From contig NC_073412.1 of assembly GCF_028641065.1 (NCBI RefSeq), positions 11,160,001 to 11,224,000 on the forward strand: a DNA stretch of 64,000 nt. Reading direction: 5' to 3'. Below the pieces are notes generated by a model. The model had not been told where the DNA came from. It searched no databases and worked only from the letters and a program-made list of their open reading frames with translations. Each line of letters begins with the position of its first letter. The first letter of the stretch is position 1. Made by a program: the position numbers and the translations under genes. Shown here piece by piece: positions 12,747-26,134 of this stretch. The DNA is from Leucoraja erinacea (lineage: Eukaryota).

Positions 12747-13809
12747 TAATCTTAGTCATAAATGACTAATTCGTATCTTTAACGTAAAAAATCAGTACCC
12801 AATTCCCACATAAACATTGAATGTGATTCGTTTGACTACAAAATCAACTTTAAAATCTGATACGACATTCCAACAAAATGACTGACCAAAAAGTAGCTAT
12901 TCTGCAGAATCAAAGTACAAACCATTTCCTCACCTCTTTCAAGCAGTTAATTGCGAAAATCACATGGGCAAAAAAAGTGGATATTTCATGCAAATCACAA
13001 AGTATCTCCCCTACACAGCTAATAGTGTTAAATAGTGTAATCTTACTTAAGTAATGACAATACAAAAATGCAGCCTCCTTAAGATCACAGATCATTCAAT
13101 GCACTTAAAGATCTTCTGCCAATGCTCTAAGCATCTCAATAACCACACTATTTGAAAAGCACCTTTGATATAGAAATATCACACAGCCTTTGACTCTTTT
13201 AGCAAGGCCATCAAGAGCTTTGCCAAACCCCAGAACAGCAACATATGCCAGAGTACGAAGATACCAAGAATGAGAATATGAAACAAGATGAATCAGTGTG
13301 CATGAGGGGCAACTAAGAGGTGCTGCCAAACTTCATGCGCCAACTGGTCAGTGGTCCAGCACTGTTCTGGTTGCTTTGGAATTGCCCAAGGATTCTAACC
13401 TCCCATAACCTAATCATAAAAGTTGCAGCTGGCTGTGTCAAATTGCCCGCATGGACATAGACTTGTAAAGTGCACTGCAAGATCTGGCAAATATTAAGAA
13501 ACAGGGTAGAAGTCTATTGAAGGAACAGCTGTCTGATTGTAGTCTGCCAAGAAGAGTGTGGCAATTCCTGCAGCAAAGGATATAAATGCCACACAGGCAT
13601 TCCAATGAATGATCACATTGCTGTTAAAGAAGTCTACAATTCTACTATTAAACACATTACTTTAGCCATTTTCAAAAACTGGGGATTAAGAGCTAACTTC
13701 ATGCATAGATTTTGGCTAAATACGTGATCAAAATTATTTGTTTTGCTTGTTAACGCCGTGTTAAAATGTATATGATACAATGAAATATATACTATGGCAG
13801 TAACAGCCA

Positions 13810-14100
13810 TCTATATCTATCTATATTATATATATTATTATTATATTACTAAAACTCTCATCTTGTTCGTTTGGATGCCTGCATGAGTGAGATCCTGAAT
13901 TTACTCCAGAACGGTACACGATAGCGCTACAATTTACAATTGTCTTGTGGTGCGTTTTCATCAAGTTCCGTTCAGATTTATGTTATATTTTACAAGTTAT
14001 TCACATTTTTAACTTTACAAAATCCAGTTTGAGAAAGAATGACTTGAACACTGCAGTGGCAGTCAAAGCTATGACATCAAAATGGGATCTAATTTGCAAC
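13810..14100 (+). mobile_element. Helitron-like 5' fragment
   Basis: tctatatctatc...tattactaaaactctcatcttg start motif. Confidence 0.4.
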
Positions 14101-14106
14101 AATAAA

Positions 14107-14536
14107 GGGCCTGTCCCACGAGCATGCGACTCCATGCGGCAAGCGCGACCTAAAGGGCCGTTCCCACCAGCATGCGCCTGCATGCGGCAAGCGCGACCTA
14201 ACGTGGTCGCTTGAGCCGTACGGCCTCGCGGGGCTGGTCCCATTTCGATCGGTGGAGCCGTATGGAGTTGTGCGGAGCTGGTCCCGACATCACGCGGGGC
14301 TCTGAAAAACTGACCGTGTTCAAAAATTCTGCACGGCAACGGCCTGCCGGCCCACAGCTACCTCGACATCGTACGTCACGCACGAACTTCCCGCGGACTG
14401 CGCTCGAACTGCATGTCACTCACTCGACCTCCGCGCGGCCCCCGCTTCTGGTTTGGTCGCGCTTGTCGCATGCTGGTGGGATCGTCCTTTTAGGTCGCAC
14501 TTGCCGCATGGAGTCACATGCTCGTGGGACAGGCCC
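14107..14536. mobile_element. Nested PIF/Harbinger-like MITEs (inner 14155-14487)
   Basis: gggcctgtcccacgagcatg...catgctcgtgggacaggccc with doubled arms and taaa/ttta flanks. Confidence 0.8.
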
Positions 14537-15527
14537 TTTAGGCTCTGGGCCGAGGAGCTTTTTTGTGCAGTTTTGTGACCCAACTCACGGAACTACATGA
14601 AATTTTCACAAATTGTATAAAAATATTATATAAATCATCCCTGAAGCTCGTCACGAGCAAAACTTGCACATTTTTTTATTAAATTGGAGAAAAAAATGAA
14701 AAATTTCTGGTATTTTTAGTCCAATCAAAGCACGTTTGACCTCGAGTCGGACGCCATTTGGCCAATCACGCACTTTGTTTCAGGCTAGCTAGGCAGGGAG
14801 CACACATCATGGCTGAGAGGACTTCACTGATGCCTGTATTACTGAGGATTCCGATGAAGGTTCTTTGTTGTTCTGTGGAATACATGTCGTGGAAACTTAC
14901 AGTAGGGTAATTGAATTTAGTGAGAAAAGCATTAAGAAGTCTGAAGAATGTGCAGCTAAGTGGATAGAAGTGGAACAAAGCCTAACCTAGTGCCGTCTGT
15001 AGCGGCCGTTTCCAGGCCCTGACCATGGGAGAAAAACTGAGGAATATTGATTGCACTTTATAGGCTTCCATTGGAGTGAGAAATGGTCAGAAATGACAGG
15101 TTTATGTAGAAATGAATTGGTGTATGTGGGAGGGTTAGTTAAAGTGCTGAGCAACCGGGAGATCAGGTAGGTTGAAGCAGACTGAGCAGAGATATTCAGT
15201 GAAACGATTGCTGAGCCTACACTTGGTCTCGCTGATGTACAGAAGTTGACACCTGGAACGGCGGATACAGTAGATGAAATTGGAGGTGGTGCAAGTGAAC
15301 CTCTGCCTCACCTGGAAAGACTGTTTTCAGTCCTTGGATGTAGGGGGGGGGGGGGGGGGGGGGGGGGGGGGAGGTAAAGGGACAGGTGTTGCATCTCCTG
15401 CGGTCGCAGGAGAAAGTACCTGGGGTGATTTGAGTGGGAAGGGACGAGTTGACCAGCAACGGTCTCTGCAGAAAGCAGAAAGGGGTGGAGATGGGGAGAT
15501 GTGGCATGTAGTGGAATCACGTTAGAG

Positions 15528-16982
15528 CAGGCACGTGCCGTCAGGGTAGGCAAGGTAGGCACTGCCTTCCCCGACTAAAATTATGACATGGTAATCATTA
15601 AATATAAATAGTAAAGGCATGGGAGAATTATGCCTATCTAAGAGATCGATCTCTTAGGTAGGCATAATTCTCCGTGCCTTTCAACCGCAGCACTTGTAAC
15701 ATGTGAATGTCTGTGCAGCCCACGTGCCGTCTGCGTTGCTTGAAGCCGTCAATTTCAAGCTGAGCTGAAGGTAGCTGAATTTCTGCCTTTGCTGCACTGC
15801 GCATGCACAGCAGCCTACTGCGTATGCGCAGCGCAAGTTCCTTGGCGGGTTTTTCAAATATGGATTGCCATTATCTGGAGGGTATGTTAGGAAGCAAAGA
15901 GAGAAGAATGGAGTTTGTGTCCATGGTAAGTACATTTCTTGGTACTTTGTTTTTAAATACTGTATTTCCCGGGGTGGATGCGGGGGAAGTGCTCCTTTCA
16001 CAGTGTTTGAGGAGTCTGGCCCGGGGTAAAGTTGAGGGAAAGGCAGGAGCGTTGTGAATTAGCTCGGGTGGCTGCTGCAGCGCTCCGGGCACGGACAGCA
16101 GAACTGGCCGCCACTTCCGAGGAAGGAAGCAGCTCGGGTGACTGCGAGCGGCCACCGGCTGCCACTTCAGCCCCTCCTGCTGGGCCCCGCTCACCTCTGT
16201 CAGTGCTCTCAGTCTGAACACCCCTCTCCTGCCGCTCGCCGGCCGGCTTCCCACAAATCCTTAAATTCCGACAGCGCGCTCAAGGGACCAATTGTGATTA
16301 CTCGGCTGTGGGAATTTAAGGATTTGCGGGAAGCAACTGACACGAGTGAAGCCAGCGAGCGGCAGGTGAGAGGTGTTCAGTCGGAGAGCATTGCCAGAGG
16401 TGAGCGGGCTAGCAGAAGGCGCTGAAGTAGCAGCCGGTTCTGCCGTCGGGTCCCGGTGGCCGCTCAATGCAATACAATACAGTTTATTTGTCACATTGCA
16501 CATAAGTGCAAGTGAAATGCAGTCACCCGAGCTGTTTCCTTCCCCAGAAGTGGCGGCCAGTTCTGCTGTCCGTGCCCGGAGCGCTTTAGCAGCGGTGAGT
16601 GAGTCTGATATGATCTCCGACCTTCTCCTTCTCAACACTCCCACATCTTTAACCTCTGGCACAGACTCCCCACACGCTGTGAAAGGAACTCTCCCTCCAA
16701 TTGGTCCCTTGAATTAGTATTGTCATTCAATAAGATGACAACTGAATCAACGTCCCATATGCTCACGTTTTTCCCACCATCTCTCCCATCTGCCTTCATC
16801 CTCCGTCCCCCACCCATTCAGTAATTAAAAAATGAAGGAGATTTAGAAGCCTTGGGCAAATTGAATTGTTACTTATTTTTATTTTTTATTTTTAAGGAGA
16901 GAACAATCTGCGCATGCACGGTTTAAGATTTTTTTTATAAGCCGCCTGCCTACCTTGAGTAATTACTCACGGCACGTGTCTG
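15528..16982. mobile_element. Non-autonomous hAT element
   Basis: TIR caggcacgtgccgt/acggcacgtgtctg. 8-bp TSD cgttagag at 15520-15527 and 16983-16990. Confidence 0.85.
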
Positions 16983-17129
16983 CGTTAGAGTTGGCAAAAA
17001 TGTTGGTGGATTATAAGCTGTATGTGACAGCTGAAGGGGTGGAAGGTGAGGACAAGGAGGACTCTGTCCTTGTTACGAATGGGAGGGGGAGTAAGAGCAG
17101 AGCTGCGGGATATCGAGGAGACCCTAGTG

Positions 17130-17980
17130 CAGATCTGCCAAGGTTTGTCAGAGCATTCCAGCATTCTAGTGCCTGAAAATTAGTATTTTGCTGAGGAAAT
17201 CAGTATTTTTTACACAGTGCCATTTTGCTAAAAAATATGTTGATTTTTTATGTGCGGTTATACCCATGTAAGAGTAGAAGAATGCATAACTTTGCTGCCA
17301 ATGGACATGTCTTCTACGCACCTTAATTGACAGTGCATTCAGTGCCATCTCTTCGTATACTGCTGTTTGAACAGCTGCTTCCTGCTTTTAGCACCTGGTG
17401 GTGATGTAGAAGCCATTTTGGAAGCCTCCCTCTCCCTCCCTTCGCCATCCCTCCCTCTCTCCCCCTTGAGCCCACCCACCATTTTGTAAAATCAAGGCCA
17501 ATCCCAATGTAACTGCAATCCCACTGGTAACCTTTCACCACTAGGCTTATCCAGAATTCTACCACTGCCTGAAAAATAATCAAAGGCTCAAAGAGAATTC
17601 CAAAGACTCATTGTTATACGAGAATTTTCCTGAGCAGTCTGTGACCCATAGCGCTGTGGCCATAGTGCGCTGTGTAAAGCCCATAGCGCTGTGTAAAGCC
17701 CATAGCTCTCCAGCCCGTAGCGTTATTTTTAGAACCCACAGTGCGCAGTCGACAGCTCTTCGTTTAAATTCTCACAAGTTAAACTGACAGCGCTTTGTTT
17801 AAACCTGGAGCGGGACAGACAGCCACTCTGGAGAGAAGGAATGGGTGACATTTCTGGTCGAGACCCTTCTTCAGACGGAACAGAACTCCGTATTTAAAAT
17901 TCGTATTTAACAACGTACATCAGTATTCTTATCGCATTTCCGTACAAAATATGAAAAATCCGTACTACTTGGAAGCTCTG
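17130..17980. mobile_element. Non-autonomous DNA transposon with 6-bp TSD
   Basis: TIR cagatctgccaag/cttggaagctctg. ctagtg at 17124-17129 and 17981-17986. Confidence 0.7.
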
Positions 17981-18080
17981 CTAGTGAAAGCCTCATCTAT
18001 AATGGAAGAGGGGAACCCCCATTTCTGAAAGAATGAGGATATCTCCGATGCCCTGGTATGGAAAACCTCATCCTGGGCGC

Positions 18081-18313
18081 GTAGTTATATAGTTCTTGAT
18101 GAGAGAGGTTCACCGATGGGCTAGGTTGTGACCTGCGCCGCGGAAGGTGGCCGAGAGAGAGAGGGAGGTGCTGCTGTAAAAAGGGGCCCCTGTGCATTCC
18201 GAGATAAGTATTGTTTTTGTTCTCTCTCGTGCCAATAAATCTGACAAGTGTGCCTTTTTTCTTTTCTACTAGTCAAATCCTTTAACCAGTTCCTTTGTAA
18301 CAATACCTCAACA
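18081..18313 (+). mobile_element. Possible solo LTR
   Basis: gtagttatat start, TATA-like tgtaaaaagg, aataaa, ends ...tcaaca. No TSD confirmed. Confidence 0.3.
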
Positions 18314-18629
18314 ATAATTCTTGCTAGAATATCAATCAGTATAGAATCAGGGTCCTGCATTCCCAGGTACTGCGCTCATTAAATAAAAAAAATACAAGTT
18401 CTTACATACAATTCACAGAATGCTCACAGCATTAAAAGAGGTCAGATTCAGTTACACCAGCAGTGCAAAAGCAATCCAGCCAATCTCACTCCATCCTATC
18501 TCCAAAGTCCTGCAAAATTATTTTCTCTCAGATACTTATCTCGGAACACTCCAGTTGAATCAACCCCCACTGCTATCCTGGTGGTGCAGCCCAGGTACTA
18601 ACCTTTTACCTTTTTTTTAATCCTCATGT

Positions 18630-19195
18630 CACTTACGTTAGTGAGACCGTATTTAGAATATTGTGTTCAATTCTAGGCACCATGTTATAGGAAAGATATT
18701 GTCAAGCTTGAAAGGGTTCAGAAAAGATTTACAAGGATGTTGCCAGGACTAGAGGGTGTGAGCTATAGGGATAGATTGAGTAGGCTGGGTCTCTATTGCA
18801 TGGATCGCAGGAGGATGAGGGGATATCTTATAGAGCTATACAAAATCATGAATGGAATAGATCGGGTAGATGCACAGTCTTTTGCCCAGAGTAGGGGAAT
18901 CGAGGACCAGAGGACGTAGGTTCAAGTTAAAGGCGAAAAGATTTAATAGGAATCTGAGGGGTAACTTTTTCACACAAAGGGTGGTGGGTGTATGGAACAA
19001 GCTGCCAGAGGAGTTAGTTCAGGCTGGGACTATCCCATCATTTAAGAAACAGTTAGATGGGTACATGGATAGGACAGGTTTGGAGGGATTATGGACCAAG
19101 CGCAAGCCGATGGGACGAGTGTAGCTGGGACATTGTTTGTTGGTGTGGGCGAGATGGGCCGAAGGGCCTGTTTCCACACTGTATCATTCTATGAC
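18630..19195 (+). mobile_element. CR1/HER1-like LINE 3' end
   Basis: RPYLEYCVQF..ERVQKRFTRMLPGL..FFTQRVVGVWNKLP, then 3' UTR gggccgaagggcctgtttcc. Confidence 0.9.
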
Positions 19196-20947
19196 TAATC
19201 ATTCAATGTCTCTTAGTTTTGGAACAGTTTTTTTATCAACACCCACCATGGGTAACCCATCACATCAGTTTGTGCAGCACAGCATCATAATAGTGTAATC
19301 CTGACCTCCACTGTTTGGGTGAAGTTTGTACATAATTTATGAACAGATGGGTTTATTTACTAACAGATGGGCTTCCTCTGGGTGTTGTGGTTCCTTCCCT
19401 CATTCCAAAAGCACGGGAGTGATAGATTAATTGGCCACTTCAAATAAACTGCCACGTAGGTGAGTGGTAGAATCGAGAGGTGGGGAAGGAAAAGTTGGAA
19501 ACATGGGAAGAATAACATTTGATTAATGTAAATGGCTGCTTGAAGGTCACCACAGAGTTGGTGGGCCATGGGAGCATTTTCATGCTCCATAACTATCGCC
19601 CTGAAAAGCCTGTATCAAGAATCCTAGCATCTCCACTATCTTTTTATAATTGAAACCCCTCATCTATGCAATCATCTTAGTGAATCATTCTGTAACCTTT
19701 CTGAAGCAGTCACAATCTGCCTAGAATGTGGCGCCCAGGACTCAATGCTCCACTCCAGTAGTGGCTAAACCAGTATATTATAAACAATTGGCGACGCATA
19801 TGACAATAGATGCTGGAACCCTGAGCAAAAAATAGTGCTGGAGGAATTCAGCAAATTCATGCAGCTTATGTGGATAGGCTTCCAGGTCATGACCCTTCCC
19901 CAGGCTGATAGAAGTGAGGGAAATCTGGAAAAGAAGGGGGGTGGAGAAAAGCTTGGCAAGTGATAGTTGGATACAATTGAGGTGAGAGTCATTGGGAAAT
20001 AGGTGGAAAAGGCTAGAGGTGATAGAGACAAGGGGCTACAAACAAGAATAGAAATGTAAACGTGAAATGCAAAATGATATTAGCCTGACCCAATGAGTTC
20101 CTCCAGCATTTTGATTTTTGCTTTTTAAAAGTTTATTCTGACTCCCTTGCTCATGTTCATCCATCAAGTTATAATCCCAGGATCCAATTTTTTATTTATT
20201 TATTTATTTATTTTTTAAATGTGTACCAACTAGTGCAGTTTTCAACAAAATTTGCATTTACTCTGGCTCTAGCTATTTTTGTTTAATCTGATATCGCCTT
20301 TTCTCATCTTCCCTATCAAAATGTAACAATTTACTTTCTCTTGATAGAGGGATTGAAAATTATTGGTCATCTATCATTCCAGCTTCTGCCAATGATTTAT
20401 ATCCTGAGATGCAGCTTGTGCACAACTGCTGGACAACATTCAGAGAAACTTTGGATCGTCTCCCTACCCAAGGGAATGGTGTTTCCCTTTTCAACACCAT
20501 TAAAAGGCAATCACTTAACATGTCAATCTAATTTTATCAGCTCATTTAAAAGGGATCTTTGCCTCCAAAATAAATAGACCAATATTTAAAGAGAAATTTG
20601 AAACATTCAGGGGTATGTAGAGGATAGATTGGGGCATTAAAATGGATTGATCTTTGAGATTTGTACAAATACTCTCAGCTAAATGTGCTCCATTAACTTT
20701 TACAAAAATAACATGGTTCATATAGTTCTTCTAACATTATCCCAGTCACATTTCAAATGAAGAAATTATTGATTGCTTCGAATAGTCAGTCAACAGCTAT
20801 TCACCATTATTCTCATCAAATAACAGGAGCCAACATACTCAAAATGCAATGTTGCAAATAGCAATAATAAGGCAACAGCAAATAAAATGGAAAATTATCA
20901 TATACGATGTACTTTTTACTGCTGCTTATTGCATGAAAATGCTCTAC

Positions 20948-21043
20948 CTCTTTCACATTGTGCTCCTGTAAATCCATATGTACATGCACAACGATTGGGA
21001 GCGACGCATCTTCCGTTATTCAAACAACCTTTCTCACAGGTAG
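20948..21043 (-). CDS. FBN1: Fibrillin-1 coding exon 5 (EGF3)
   Basis: ttttcag|(P)[31 protein letters not shown](D)|gtagag. 96 nt. [12 protein letters not shown] is the FBN1-type sequence. The next (hybrid-domain) exon was not found in 1-20947, so it lies beyond the window. Confidence 0.96.
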
Positions 21044-21609
21044 CTGAAAAATATAATTTTAAATAAACAAGATTTGTTTAATATCGGTTCCATTTTACAA
21101 ATAAGCGTGTCTGCATACTTTAGCCATGCACGTTTTCCAAAATATTAAGTCCCAGGTATATGCAGTTCAAAATTGCATGTTTAAATAAGGAAGCCAACCA
21201 TGATTGGTCTGAGGTACACAAAAATGCTGGAGAAACTCAGCAGGTGCAGCAGCATCTATGGAGCGAAGAAAATAGGTAACGTTTCGGGCCGAAACCCTTC
21301 TTCAGACTTCATGATTAGTCTGATATTGTTTGGTTGATATGCACAACTTATATATATTTATTTTGTAAAGTTGATGTATCAGTGGAAGTATTGAAAGAGA
21401 TTTTTAATAATTAACTATTTGATCATTAGCCACGCAACACACACTGCACTTACTGAGATTGAGTGTTTTATAATGCAGACTCCAAACTTTTACAACAAAT
21501 GGGAACAAAGGAGAGGTTGGACAGACAAGGACTTTATTCGTCGGAGTACAGAAGGTTAAAGGGTGATCTTACAGGGCTGCATAAAACAAAAACATGAATA
21601 GGTAGAGTG

Positions 21610-22270
21610 CCTCGCCAAAAGTCAATGATCCTTTCTTCTTTTTTGTTATTTTTAGTATGTGTTACAAGTATGTTTTAGTGTTCCTTGGTTTCTTTTATGT
21701 GGGGGCTAGGGGTTGGGGGTAACTTTTTCCAATCGATTTCTTTCCATATCGTATCTCAGTCCCCACTGCGGCCTAACATCTTGGAGTTGGCGGCCTTTCC
21801 TGGAGAAATACCGCGGGAGTCTGCGGGACTTTAACATCGCAAAGCTTGCGATTCCTTTGCTGGGGATCGAAGCTCCAACCGCGGGTCCTGTGGACTTTAA
21901 CATCATGAAGCCCGCGGTCTCTGGTAAGAAGAGGCCGATTCGGGAGCTCCATGCCACGGAAAGAGTTTCAACCGCCCCAACGCGAGAGTTTAGATCACCC
22001 CGACAGGGGGCTTCGATCGTCGGCTGTGGGGGCTTTGATCGCCCCGCCAGCTGACGGTTTGACTGCCCCGACCGCGGGAGAACAAAGTGGAAGAAGATTT
22101 AACTTTATTGTCTTCCATCACAGTGAGGAATGTAGAATTCACTGTGGTGGATGTTTATGTTAACTTTTATGCAGTTGTGTCTTGTTGCTTTTCACTTGGT
22201 ATGGCTGTATGGTAACTCAAATTTCACTGTACCTTAACTGGTATATGTGACAATAAACTGTCCTTGAAAC
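21610..22270 (+). mobile_element. GC-rich LINE-tailed interspersed repeat
   Basis: Ends ccatcacagtgaggaatgt...gtgacaataaa. Related ends at 45500-46170(+) and 31750-31835(-). Confidence 0.55.
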
Positions 22271-22749
22271 CTTTAACCTGATTAAGGAAATCAAGAACCA
22301 GAGGATATAGGTGTAACAGGAACCCAAACAGTATCTTTTTTTTCACACCGAGGTTGGTGGTTATGTTCAACCAGCTGCTAGAGGAGGTAGTTGAGGCAGG
22401 TACTATAACAGCATTTAAAAGACATTTGGACAGGTACACGGATAGGAAGGTATTAGAGGGATATGGGCCAAACATTGGCAGGTGGGACTAGTGTAAATGG
22501 GGCATAGTGGTCAGCACAAACAAGTTGGGCCAAAATAAATGTTCCCACAACAGAGGATGAAAAGACACAATCACTCCAATCACCAATACATGATTCTGTA
22601 ATCCCTAGCTGATCTGTGTAGAAAAGGGTAATGGGGTAGTCCTAGAACAATAGATTTAATATTACATGGGGATGTATAGCAGAAATATAGACAAATAAAG
22701 TTGAAATGAACAAATAGAAAAATAATGGAAAGAAGGATAGCTGTCAAGT

Positions 22750-24600
22750 TATTCATGTTCATACCATTGGGTTGTAAGCTGCCCAGGCAGAATACAAGGT
22801 GCCATGCCTCCTGTTTGTGTGGGCTGGCAATGAAGGGAGGGACAGGACAGAAAGGTCAGTATGAAATGGAAGTTAAAACGGTTAGCAACTGAGAGGAAGC
22901 CAGTAGGCATTGGCAGACCAAGCTTAAGTGTTCAGCAAAGCAATCACTGAGCCTACGATGTACAGGAGACCAAATCAGGAAAACACGATACAGTAGATTA
23001 GGTTAGTGTAGCTGCACATTAACCTATGTCTTTCCTGGAAGGATTGTTGGGGAAAAGGTGAGGGAGGAGGTATAGAGACAAGCTGTTACAGGGGAAAGAG
23101 AGTGGTTGGGTGGGAATGAATGACTGAACAAAGGAGTTGAAGAGAGAGAAATCTCTCCGAAAGGGGGTAGAGATGGATAGATGCAAGTAGTGGTGCAATC
23201 ATGTTGGAGGAGACTAAAATGTCGGAGTATAATGCTTTGGATGCAGAATACTGGTGGGGTGAAAGGTAAGGATCAGGAGAACTCCATCCTTGTTGTGTCT
23301 GTGGTTGAAGTGGGAGCGAGAGCATTACTACAGGACACTGAGGAGATGCAGGTGAGGAATCCATCTATGACAGCCGAGAGAAACCACGTTCACTAAAGAA
23401 TGAGGACATTCCGGATGTCCTCGAATGTAGCATCTCATCTTGGGAGCAAATGCGATGGAGACGGACAAATTGAGAGTAGGGGAGAGCATCTTTGCAAGAG
23501 GCAAGATGGGAAGTCCAGATAACTATGAGTTAGGTTTTTAGTCAGTCGTCAGTCAATAGTCTGTCCCATAATGGAGACAGAGCTATCAATAAAGGAGAGG
23601 TGTCAGAGATAGTCTAGGTGAATTTGCGGGCAGGGTGGAAGTTAGCGGAGAAGCTAATGAAATCAATGTTCTACACTGGTGCGGGAGGCAGCCTCGATTT
23701 GGTCGTCAAAGTAGTGGAAAAAGAGTTGAAGGATGGTGCCAGTGTACATCTGGACAAAGACTATTTGTCATAACCAACAAATGGCAGGCATAACTGGGGC
23801 TCATGGCTACACCTTTAACTTGGAGAGAGAGGAGTTGAAAGATAAGTTGTTGAGCTTGAGGACAAGTTCAGCCAGTCGGAGGAGCATGTTAGGAGAGCAA
23901 AATTGGTTGGGTCTCCATTCAAGGAGGGTTTTAAGGCCATCCTGGTGGGCCATGAAGATTTAGAGGGACTCGATGTGCATGGTAAAGATGAAGAAATGGG
24001 GGCCTAGAAATGGAAAGTTATTGAATAGTTGAAGGTGTCTCGGATGTAGGCTAGTAGGGGCTGGACAATGAGGCAGGCAGTGTAGGGCTGGGGAAACGTT
24101 AAGGCTGGAGGCTGCAGAGGACAGATCAACAGAGAGAGCAGAAAAAGTCTGGTAGATGATGGCCCAGTGTTCATCTGTGTGGTCATGGTCAACGGTTAGG
24201 TATGAGCAGATATTCAAAAGCTGCCGCATCGCCTCAGCATAGTGGAGGTCGCCTTGCAGACTACAATGTCGCCTTCCTTATCAACGGGTTTAGGAAGAAT
24301 TTTGGGAATGTTGGAAAGTGAGCGATGGGCTGTGCATTGACGGTGAGATCTGAGTGGGTAAGGCGAGTTGAGAAGTCAAGACGGTTGATGTTGCATCAGC
24401 AATTGAAAATAAAAAGGGCCAGAGAGGGAAGGCCAGCAGGTGGAATCTAAGATGAGGAGGAATGCTGGAGAGGGGAAAAGGGGTAGTCACTGGAGAGACA
24501 AGGACTCCTTACCAGAGGTAAAGGCCCGAAGGCAGGGGTGACAGAAGAGCTTTACATCATGGAGGGTGAGGGTGCTAGGGTACAAAGGTATGGCCTCTAG
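22750..24600 (-). mobile_element. Degenerate Penelope-like element (RT + GIY-YIG)
   Basis: RT-region remnants (GVAM..PSYA at about 23790-23815) and the GIY-YIG end shared with 7725-8785. Many stops. Confidence 0.75.
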
Positions 24601-24821
24601 AGGACTGACAGATCTGTATTGGAAGGAGGGAGGTTGGCGGGGAGGGGGGGTTGAAAACACGAGGGATATGGATCACGTGCAGGCATAAGAATTGGTCTCG
24701 GCATCATGTTTGGCATAGACACTGTGGGCCTAAGGGCCTATTCTTGAGCTATACTGTTCTAATATCTAATATATGGAACTTCATCAGTAAAGATATCAAA
24801 AAAGCCTGCAGTAATACTCAC

Positions 24822-24917
24822 GCTGTCCACAGTGTGTCCCAATAAACCCCTTCTGACACATACAATGATCCTCAGCACAAGAGCCACCATTCATGCATCT
24901 AATGTTGCACTGCTGGA
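24822..24917 (-). CDS. FBN1: Fibrillin-1 coding exon 4 (EGF2)
   Basis: ttattacag|(I)[31 protein letters not shown](P)|gtgagt. 96 nt, phase 1-1. Confidence 0.96.
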
Positions 24918-26134
24918 CTGTAATAAAAAAGTTATTTAGGACAGAACATAATCAAACTATTTCAACATCTTCATGGATTTGAAAACATAAATGTTAAATA
25001 CAAATTAAAATGAAATCAAAATATAAAACAGTAACCATTTTGCACCAAATCAGTAGCATTTAGCTTAAAAGGAGCATGATAAACTACATTGATAAGATGT
25101 ATATGAACATGTGCATTTAAATAGGCTAGTCCCAGGCAAGCTCCAAAAGTAGACATTGATGTTTCTGTCCTAACTTGCCTAAAATAATATAAACAGTTTG
25201 AGCTTTAGGCTTCACTAAGTCAGTCAATATTATATGACCACCCATACACCTTTATTCTCAAATTAGGCAGTTCCAAGTTGCCAAATACAATTTTCTAAGA
25301 CTCATCGCTGATCAGGAATAAAAGTTTAAGCATTAAGGATTTACTTGTACAAGACAATGAGAAGTAAATTGCTATAACCCAGGTTAACTAACTACAAATA
25401 TATGCACACACCATAGTCAATGCTCAAAGAAATCCCATTGCCAGATGGCATCAGCTTTCCCACAAGGAGGTAGTGGTATCACTAAATAGCAATCAAGATC
25501 TTAATTAAAAGGAGCAGTGAAAAATAACAAACTTTCAACTTTAAGTGGCCAGAGAGCGGCTTTGAAAAATGCTCTGAAGATGCTGTTGACTAACTTCTTG
25601 TAACCTAGCCGAGGAACAAATACTGCAACCACAGGGAGAAAGGTGGATTGGAGATGGAAATCCAGCAGGTCACAAATCTGAGGATTTATTAGGGAAAAAG
25701 TTGGATAGCATATATTAAAGTCTATCTATCCTAAGGTTATGAAACAAACAAACAGCAGACAGTGGAGACTCACTTGGCGTAAATGCAGATTTAATCTGCT
25801 TCGCCAAATTCCAACTGACATGCTCCTGCCAAAAAAACACATTTTCCTACATCAGTGCATTCCTCCTCTGTTACGCTGCAGCAAAAAAAGTCATTTCTTG
25901 GGTTCAAAAGAAGTACTGTTTATGTAAACATAAGTGTTCCCAACATAACCATAGGAAATATTTTTTTTAATGAAATTTGCACATCACACAATTTCCTGTT
26001 TAGAAAATGATAAAATCCTTTGTTCGATTACTTAAACTTAATGAAAATAATACTTACATTGTTAGCAATGCACATTATATACTACAATATACAAAATATT
26101 GGCAATATTCACCAAAACTGAATACAAGATACAG

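Larger units (their letters stand above)
15130..18080 (-). mobile_element. Penelope-like fragment split by two DNA transposon insertions
   Basis: PLE-like pieces at 15130-15527, 16983-17129 and 17981-18080 rejoin colinearly with the PLE at 22750-23450. Confidence 0.75.

Noticed and set aside
1-20947. Next fibrillin exon (hybrid domain, YRTGPCF...)
   Set aside because: Motif not found on the minus strand; the intron extends beyond the window.
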